The translations under genes and the position numbers were made by a program. This document shows positions 55,129-64,000 of a stretch of DNA of 64,000 nt, in pieces; within the stretch, counting starts at the first letter, position 1, and every line of letters starts with the position of its first letter. The notes below the pieces were generated by a model, which was given only the letters and a program-made list of their open reading frames with translations, was not told where the DNA came from and made no database searches. Source of the DNA: Eledone cirrhosa (taxonomy: Eukaryota). The stretch spans positions 137,330,001 through 137,394,000 of the forward strand of contig OZ024740.1 in NCBI GenBank assembly GCA_964016885.1, written 5' to 3'.

Positions 55129-58100
55129 CATTTTCCCCCAATCTCCAATTCTCTTTTTCTCTTTACACTTTTCCTCAACCTCCAATTCTCTCTTTCTCTT
55201 ATCACTTTTCTCTCAATCTCCAATTCTCTCTTCCCTTCTCACTTTTCCTCAATCTCCAATTCTCTCTTTCTCTTCTCACTTTTCTCTCAATCTCCAATCC
55301 TCTCTTTCTGTTCTCAGTTTTCCCCAAATCTCCAATTCTCTCTTTCTCTTATCACTTTTCTCTCAATCTCCCATTCTCTCTCTCTCTTATCACTTTTCTC
55401 TCAATCTCCAATTCACTCTTTCTCTTATCCATTTTCTCTCAATCTGCAATTCTCTCTTTCTTTTCTCACTTTTCCCCCAATCTCCAATTCTCTCATTCTC
55501 TTCACACTTTTCCCCCAATCTCCAATTCTCTCTTTCTCTTCTCACTTTTCTCTCAATCTCCAATTCTCTCTTTCTCTTATCACTTTTCTCTCAATCTCCA
55601 ATTCTCTCTTTCTCTTATCACTTTTCTCTCAATCTCCAACTCTCTCTTTCTCTTATCCCTTTTCTCTCAATCTCCAATTCTCTCTTTCTCTTCTCACTTT
55701 TCTCTCAATCTCCAATCCTCTCTTTCTGTTCTCAGTTTTCCCCCAATCTCCAATTCTCTATTTCTCTTAGCACTTTTCTCTCAATCCCCCATTCTCTCTC
55801 TCTCTTATCACTTTTCTCTCAATCTCCAATTCTCTCTTTCTCTTATCACTTTTCTCTCAAACTCCAATTCTCTCTTTCTCTCATCACATTTCTCTCAATC
55901 TCCAATTCTCTCTTTCTCTTATAAGTTTTCTCTCAATCTGCAATTCTCTCTTTCTCTTATCACTTTTCTCTCAATCTCCAATTCTCTCTTTCTCTTCTCA
56001 CTTTTCCCCTAATCTCCAATTCTCTCTTTCTCTCATCACTTTTCTCTCAATCTCCAATTCTCACTTTCTCTAATCACTTTTCTCTCAATCTCCAATTCTC
56101 TCTTTCTCTTATCACTTATCTCTCAATTTCCAATTCTCTCTTTCTCTTATCCATTTTCTCTCAATCTGCAATTCTCTCTTTCTTTTCTCACTTTTCCCCC
56201 AATCTCCAATTCTCTCTTTCTCTTCTCACTTTTCTCTCAAACTCCAATTCTCTCTTCTCTTATCACTTTTCTTTCAATCACCAATTCTCTCTTTCTCTTA
56301 TCACTTTTCTCTCAATCTCCAATTCTCTCTTTCTCTCATCACTTTTCTCTCAATCTCCAATTCTCTCTTTCTCTTATCACTTTTCTCTCAATCTCCAACT
56401 CTCTCTTTCTCTTATCCCTTTTCTCTCAATCTCCAATTCTCTCTTTCTCTTCTCACTTTTCTCTCAATCTCCAATCCTCTCTTTCTGTTCTCAGTTTTCC
56501 CCCAATCTCCAATTCTCTATTTCTCTTAGCACTTTTCTCTCAATCCTCCATTCTCTCTCTCTCTTATCACTTTTCTCTCAATCTCCAATTCTCTCTTTCT
56601 CTTATCACTTTTCTCTCAATCTCCAATTCTCTCTTTCTCTTATCAGTTTTCTCTCAATCTGCAATTCTCTCTTTCTCTTATCACTTTTCTCTCAATCTCC
56701 AATTCTCTCTATCTCTTCTCACTTTTCCCCTAATCTCCAATTCTCTCTTTCTCTTATCACTTTTCTCTCAATCACCAATTCTCTCTTTCTCTTATCACTT
56801 TTCTCCCAATCTCCAATTCTCTCTTTCTCTTATCCCTTTTCTCTCAATCTCCAATTATCTCTTTCTCTTATCACTTTTCTCTCAATCTCCAATTCTCTCT
56901 TTCTCTTCTCACTTTTCCCCTAATCTCCAATTCTCTCTTTCTCTTATCACTTTTCTCTCAATCTCCATTTCTCTCTTTCTCTTATCACTTTTCTCTCAAT
57001 CTCCAATTCTCTCTTTCTCTTATCACTTTTCTCTCAATCTGCAATTCTCTCTTTCTCTTATCACTTTCCTCTCAATCTCCAATTCTCTCTTTCTCTTCTC
57101 ACTTTTCACCCAATCTCCAATTCTCTCTTTCTCTTATCACTTTTCTCTCAATCTCCAATTCTCTCTTTCTCTTATCACTTTTCTCTCAATCTCCAATTCT
57201 CCCTTTCTCTTATCACTTTTCTCTCAATCTCCAACTCTCTCTTTCTCTTATCCCTTTTCTCTCAATCTCCAATTATCTCTTTCTCTTATCACTTTTCTCT
57301 CAATCTCCAATTCTCTCTTTCTCTTCTCATTTTCCCCCAATCTCCAATTCTCTTTTTCTCTTTACACTTTTCCTCAACCTCCAATTCTCTCTTTCTCTTA
57401 TCACTTTTCTCTCAATCTCCAATTCTCTCTTCCCTTCTCACTTTTCCTCAATCTCCAATTCTCTCTTTCTCTTCTCACTTTTCTCTCAATCTCCAATCCT
57501 CTCTTTCTGTTCTCAGTTTTCCCCAAATCTCCAATTCTCTCTTTCTCTTATCACTTTTCTCTCAATCTCCCATTCTCTCTCTCTCTTATCACTTTTCTCT
57601 CAATCTCCAATTCACTCTTTCTCTTATCCATTTTCTCTCAATCTGCAATTCTCTCTTTCTTTTCTCACTTTTCCCCCAATCTCCAATTCTCTCATTCTCT
57701 TCACACTTTTCCCCCAATCTCCAATTCTCTCTTTCTCTTCTCACTTTTCTCTCAATCTCCAATTCTCTCTTTCTCTTATCACTTTTCTCTCAATCTCCAA
57801 TTCTCTCTTTCTCTTATCACTTTTCTCTCAATCTCCAACTCTCTCTTTCTCTTATCCCTTTTCTCTCAATCTCCAATTCTCTCTTTCTCTTCTCACTTTT
57901 CTCTCAATCTCCAATCCTCTCTTTCTGTTCTCAGTTTTCCCCCAATCTCCAATTCTCTATTTCTCTTAGCACTTTTCTCTCAATCCCCCATTCTCTCTCT
58001 CTCTTATCACTTTTCTCTCAATCTCCAATTCTCTCTTTCTCTTATCACTTTTCTCTCAAACTCCAATTCTCTCTTTCTCTCATCACATTTCTCTCAATCT

Positions 58101-59190
58101 CCAATTCTCTCTTTCTCTTATCAGTTTTCTCTCAATCTGCAATTCTCTCTTTCTCTTATCACTTTTCTCTCAATCTCCAATTCTCTCTTTCTCTTCTCAC
58201 TTTTCCCCTAATCTCCAATTCTCTCTTTCTCTCATCACTTTTCTCTCAATCTCCAATTCTCACTTTCTCTAATCACTTTTCTCTCAATCTCCAATTCTCT
58301 CTTTCTCTTATCACTTATCTCTCAATTTCCAATTCTCTCTTTCTCTTATCCATTTTCTCTCAATCTGCAATTCTCTCTTTCTTTTCTCACTTTTCCCCCA
58401 ATCTCCAATTCTCTCTTTCTCTTCTCACTTTTCTCTCAAACTCCAATTCTCTCTTCTCTTATCACTTTTCTTTCAATCACCAATTCTCTCTTTCTCTTAT
58501 CACTTTTCTCTCAATCTCCAATTCTCTCTTTCTCTCATCACTTTTCTCTCAATCTCCAATTCTCTCTTTCTCTTATCACTTTTCTCTCAATCTCCAACTC
58601 TCTCTTTCTCTTATCCCTTTTCTCTCAATCTCCAATTCTCTCTTTCTCTTCTCACTTTTCTCTCAATCTCCAATCCTCTCTTTCTGTTCTCAGTTTTCCC
58701 CCAATCTCCAATTCTCTATTTCTCTTAGCACTTTTCTCTCAATCCTCCATTCTCTCTCTCTCTTATCACTTTTCTCTCAATCTCCAATTCTCTCTTTCTA
58801 TTATCACTTTTCTCTCAATCTCCAATTCTCTCTTTCTCTTATCAGTTTTCTCTCAATCTGCAATTCTCTCTTTCTCTTATCACTTTTCTCTCAATCTCCA
58901 ATTCTCTCTATCTCTTCTCACTTTTCCCCTAATCTCCAATTCTCTCTTTCTCTTATCACTTTTCTCTCAATCACCAATTCTCTCTTTCTCTTATCACTTT
59001 TCTCCCAATCTCCAATTCTCTCTTTCTCTTATCCCTTTTCTCTCAATCTCCAATTATCTCTTTCTCTTATCACTTTTCTCTCAATCTCCAATTCTCTCTT
59101 TCTCTTCTCACTTTTCCCCTAATCTCCAATTCTCTCTTTCTCTTATCACTTTTCTCTCAATCTCCATTTCTCTCTTTCTCTTATCACTTT
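54800..59190. repeat. Tandem duplication of 2199 bp, with a further partial copy about 4038 bp downstream (about 61870-64000)
   Basis: CTGCAA...CACTTTCCTC (G 54842/57041) and AATCCTCCA 56542/58741 are at offset 2199. A third AATCCTCCA lies at 62779 (+4038), with the same order of flanking variants. Confidence 0.85.
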
Positions 59191-62100
59191 TCTCTCAATC
59201 TCAATTCTCTCTTTCTCTTATCACTTTTCTCTCAATCTCCAATTCTCTCTTTCTCTTATCAATTTTCTCTCAATCTGCAATTCTCTCTTTCTTTTCTCAC
59301 TTTTCCCCCAATCTCCAATTCTCTCTTTCTCTTCACACTTTTCCCCCAATCTCCAATTCTCTCTTTCTCTTCACACTTATCCCCCAATCTCCAATTCTCT
59401 CTTTCTCTTCTCACTTTTCTCTCAATCTCCAATTCTCTCTTTCTCTTATCACTTTTCTCTCAATCTCCAATTCTTTCTGTCTCTTATCACTTTTCTCTCA
59501 ATCTCCAACTCTCTCTTTCTCTTATCCCTTTTCTCTCAATCTCCAATTCTCTCTTTCTCTTCTCACTTTTCTCTCAATCTCCAATCCTCTCTTTCTGTTC
59601 TCAGTTTTCCCCCAATCTCCAATTCTCTATTTCTCTTAGCACTTTTCTCTCAATCCCCCATTCTCTCTCTCTCTTATCACTTTTCTCTCAATCTCCAATT
59701 CTCTCTTTCTCTTATCACTTTTCTCTCAAACTACAATTCTCTCTTTCTCTCATCACATTTCTCTCAATCTCCAATTCTCTCTTTCTCTTATCAGTTTTCT
59801 CTCAATCTGCAATTCTCTCTTTCTCTTATCACTTTTCTCTCAATCTCCAATTCTCTCTTTCTCTTCTCACTTTTCCCCTAATCTCCAATTCTCTCTTTCT
59901 CTTATCGCTTTTCTCTCAATCTCCAATTCTCTCTTTCTCTTATCACCTTTCTCTGAATCTCCAATTCTCTCTTTCTCTTATCCATTTTCTCTCAATCTGC
60001 AATTCTCTCTTTCTTTTCTCACTTTTCCCCCAATCTCCAATTCTCTCTTTCTCTTCACACTTTTCCCCCAATCTCCAATTCTCTCTTTCTCTTCACACTT
60101 TTCCCCCAATCTCCAATTCTCTCTTTCTCTTCTCACTTTTCTCTCAATCTCCAGTTCTCTCTTTCTCTTATCACTTTTCTCTCAATCACTTTTCTCTCCA
60201 TCTCCAATTCTCTCTTTCTCTTATCACTTTTCTCTCAATCTCCAATTCTCTCTTTCTCTTATCACTTTTCTCTCAATCTCCAATTCTCTCTTTCTCTTAT
60301 CACTTTCCTCTCAATCTCCAATTCTCTCTTTCTCTTCTCACTTTTCACCCAATCTCCAATTCTCTCTTTCTCTTATCACTTTTCTCTCAATCTCCAATTC
60401 TCTCTTTCTCTTATCACTTTTCTCTCAATCTCCAATTCTCCCTTTCTCTTATCACTTTTCTCTCAATCTCCAACTCTCTCTTTCTCTTATCCCTTTTCTC
60501 TCAATCTCCAATTATCTCTTTCTCTTATCACTTTTCTCTCAATCTCCAATTCTCTCTTTCTCTTCTCATTTTCCCCCAATCTCCAATTCTCTTTTTCTCT
60601 TTACACTTTTCCCCAACCTCCAATTCTCTCTTTCTCTTATCACTTTTCTCTCAATCTCCAATTCTCTCTTCCCTTCTCACTTTTCCCTCAATCTCCAATT
60701 CTCTCTTTCTCTTCTCACTTTTCTCTCAATCTCCAATCCTCTCTTTCTGTTCTCAGTTTTCCCCAAATCTCCAATTCTCTCTTTCTCTTATCACTTTTCT
60801 CTCAATCTCCCATTCTCTCTCTCTCTTATCACTTTTCTCTCAATCTCCAATTCACTCTTTCTCTTATCCATTTTCTCTCAATCTGCAATTCTCTCTTTCT
60901 TTTCTCACTTTTCCCCCAATCTCCAATTCTCTCATTCTCTTCACACTTTTCCCCCAATCTCCAATTCTCTCTTTCTCTTCTCACTTTTCTCTCAATCTCC
61001 AATTCTCTCTTTCTCTTATCACTTTTCTCTCAATCTCCAATTCTCTCTTTCTCTTATCACTTTTCTCTCAATCTCCAACTCTCTCTTTCTCTTATCCCTT
61101 TTCTCTCAATCTCCAATTCTCTCTTTCTCTTCTCACTTTTCTCTCAATCTCCAATCCTCTCTTTCTGTTCTCAGTTTTCCCCCATTCTCCAATTCTCTAT
61201 TTCTCTTAGCACTTTTCTCTCAATCCCCCATTCTCTCTCTCTCTTATCACTTTTCTCTCAATCTCCAATTCTCTCTTTCTCTTATCACTTTTCTCTCAAA
61301 CTCCAATTCTCTCTTTCTCTCATCACATTTCTCTCAATCTCCAATTATCTCTTTCTCTTATCAGTTTTCTCTCAATCTGCAATTCTCTCTTTCTCTTATC
61401 ACTTTTCTCTCAATCTCCAATTCTCTCTTTCTCTTCTCACTTTTCCCCTAATCTCCAATTCTCTCTTTCTCTCATCACTTTTCTCTCAATATCCAATTCT
61501 CTCTTTCTCTTATCACTTTTCTCTCAATCTCCAATTCTCTCTTTCTGTTATCACTTTTCTCTGAATCTCCAATTCTCTCTTTCTCTTATCCATTTTCTCT
61601 CAATCTGCAATTCTCTCTTTCTTTTCTCACTTTTCCCCTAATCTCCAATTCTCTCTTTCTCTTATCACTTTTCTCTCAATCTCCAATTCTCACTTTCTCT
61701 AATCACTTTTCTCTCAATCTCCAATTCTCTCTTTCTCTTATCACTTATCTCTCAATTTCCAATTCTCTCTTTCTCTTATCCATTTTCTCTCAATCTGCAA
61801 TTCTCTCTTTCTTTTCTCACTTTTCCCCCAATCTCCAATTCTCTCTTTCTCTTCTCACTTTTCTCTCAATCTCCAACTCTCTCTTTCTCTTATCCCTTTT
61901 CTCTCAATCTCCAATTCTCTCTTTCTCTTCTCACTTTTCTCTCAATCTCCAATCCTCTCTTTCTGTTCTCAGTTTTCCCCCAATCTCCAATTCTCTATTT
62001 CTCTTAGCACTTTTCTCTCAATCCCCCATTCTCTCTCTCTCTTATCACTTTTCTCTCAATCTCCAATTCTCTCTTTCTCTTATCACTTTTCTCTCAAACT

Positions 62101-64000
62101 CCAATTCTCTCTTTCTCTCATCACATTTCTCTCAATCTCCAATTCTCTCTTTCTCTTATCAGTTTTCTCTCAATCTGCAATTCTCTCTTTCTCTTATCAC
62201 TTTTCTCTCAATCTCCAATTCTCTCTTTCTCTTCTCACTTTTCCCCTAATCTCCAATTCTCTCTTTCTCTCATCACTTTTCTCTCAATCTCCAATTCTCA
62301 CTTTCTCTAATCACTTTTCTCTCAATCTCCAATTCTCTCTTTCTCTTATCACTTATCTCTCAATTTCCAATTCTCTCTTTCTCTTATCCATTTTCTCTCA
62401 ATCTGCAATTCTCTCTTTCTTTTCTCACTTTTCCCCCAATCTCCAATTCTCTCTTTCTCTTCTCACTTTTCTCTCAAACTCCAATTCTCTCTTCTCTTAT
62501 CACTTTTCTTTCAATCACCAATTCTCTCTTTCTCTTATCACTTTTCTCTCAATCTCCAATTCTCTCTTTCTCTCATCACTTTTCTCTCAATCTCCAATTC
62601 TCTCTTTCTCTTATCACTTTTCTCTCAATCTCCAACTCTCTCTTTCTCTTATCCCTTTTCTCTCAATCTCCAATTCTCTCTTTCTCTTCTCACTTTTCTC
62701 TCAATCTCCAATCCTCTCTTTCTGTTCTCAGTTTTCCCCCAATCTCCAATTCTCTATTTCTCTTAGCACTTTTCTCTCAATCCTCCATTCTCTCTCTCTC
62801 TTATCACTTTTCTCTCAATCTCCAATTCTCTCTTTCTCTTATCACTTTTGTCTCAATCTCCAATTCTCTCTTTCTCTTATCAGTTTTCTCTCAATCTGCA
62901 ATTCTCTCTTTCTCTTATCACTTTTCTCTCAATCTCCAATTCTCTCTATCTCTTCTCACTTTTCCCCTAATCTCCAATTCTCTCTTTCTCTTATCACTTT
63001 TCTCTCAATCACCAATTCTCTCTTTCTCTTATCACTTTTCTCCCAATCTCCAATTCTCTCTTTCTCTTATCCCTTTTCTCTCAATCTCCAATTATCTCTT
63101 TCTCTTATCACTTTTCTCTCAATCTCCAATTCTCTCTTTCTCTTCTCACTTTTCCCCTAATCTCCAATTCTCTCTTTCTCTTATCACTTTTCTCTCAATC
63201 TCCATTTCTCTCTTTCTCTTATCACTTTTCTCTCAATCTCAATTCTCTCTTTCTCTTATCACTTTTCTCTCAATCTCCAATTCTCTCTTTCTCTTATCCA
63301 TTTTCTCTCAATCTGCAATTCTCTCTTTCTTTTCTCACTTTTCCCCCAATCTCCAATTCTCTCTTTCTCTTCACACTTTTCCCCCAATCTCCAATTCTCT
63401 CTTTCTCTTCACACTTATCCCCCAATCTCCAATTCTCTCTTTCTCTTCTCACTTTTCTCTCAATCTCCAATTCTCTCTTTCTCTTATCACTTTTCTCTCA
63501 ATCTCCAATTCTTTCTGTCTCTTATCACTTTTCTCTCAATCTCCAACTCTCTCTTTCTCTTATCCCTTTTCTCTCAATCTCCAATTCTCTCTTTCTCTTC
63601 TCACTTTTCTCTCAATCTCCAATCCTCTCTTTCTGTTCTCAGTTTTCCCCCAATCTCCAATTCTCTATTTCTCTTAGCACTTTTCTCTCAATCCCCCATT
63701 CTCTCTCTCTCTTATCACTTTTCTCTCAATCTCCAATTCTCTCTTTCTCTTATCACTTTTCTCTCAAACTACAATTCTCTCTTTCTCTCATCACATTTCT
63801 CTCAATCTCCAATTCTCTCTTTCTCTTATCAGTTTTCTCTCAATCTGCAATTCTCTCTTTCTCTTATCACTTTTCTCTCAATCTCCAATTCTCTCTTTCT
63901 CTTCTCACTTTTCCCCTAATCTCCAATTCTCTCTTTCTCTTATCACTTTTCTCTCAATCTCCAATTCTCTCTTTCTCTTATCACCTTTCTCTGAATCTCC

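Larger units (their letters stand above)
1..64000. repeat. 38-bp pyrimidine-rich tandem satellite array, about 1,680 head-to-tail monomers, extending past both window edges
   Basis: AATCTCC recurs every 38 bp (e.g. 5409 and 5447). Consensus AATCTCCAATTCTCTCTTTCTCTTATCACTTTTCTCTC. The ORF translations repeat every 38 aa (3 monomers, 114 bp). No unique or inverted segment was seen. Confidence 0.99.

Noticed and set aside
1-64000. CRISPR array (the repeat length is in the CRISPR range)
   Set aside because: The monomers are directly adjacent, with no unique spacers, palindrome, leader or cas genes.
1-64000. Minus-strand E/R/K-rich coding repeat
   Set aside because: The - strand monomer carries TGATAA and TTGAG. 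Any frame hits a stop within about three consensus monomers.
1-64000. Telomeric repeat or G-quadruplex array (CCCTAA and CCCCC variants)
   Set aside because: CCCTAA occurs only as isolated single variants. The C-runs are 38 bp or more apart, too far for canonical G4 or i-motif structures.
1-64000. Nucleosome-length periodicity (4x38=152, 5x38=190)
   Set aside because: No 4-mer or 5-mer higher-order unit is visible, so the arithmetic match is unsupported.

Overview
The whole 64 kb window is the interior of one uninterrupted, single-orientation tandem satellite array. The monomer is 38 bp, consensus AATCTCCAATTCTCTCTTTCTCTTATCACTTTTCTCTC (19 T, 13 C, 6 A, 0 G), in about 1,680 copies. I see no unique sequence, credible gene, RNA gene, transposon or CRISPR spacer. 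The four supplied ORFs are best explained as artefacts: the G-free + strand consensus has no stop codon in any frame, and three monomers translate as a 38-aa repeat. The real information is in the variant monomers. They recur in fixed order and define nested higher-order repeats: 38 bp, then about 19-20-mers (721/758 bp), then 39-mers (1479/1481 bp), then blocks of 1.2-4 kb, then duplications with offsets of about 9.6 kb and 9749 bp. Private variants divide the array into about four sub-domains. I do not recognise the satellite family or the organism. A eukaryotic heterochromatic, pericentromeric or sex-chromosome origin is an inference. I cannot support a novel protein-coding system here. All offsets were read by eye from marker variants, so boundaries are approximate.
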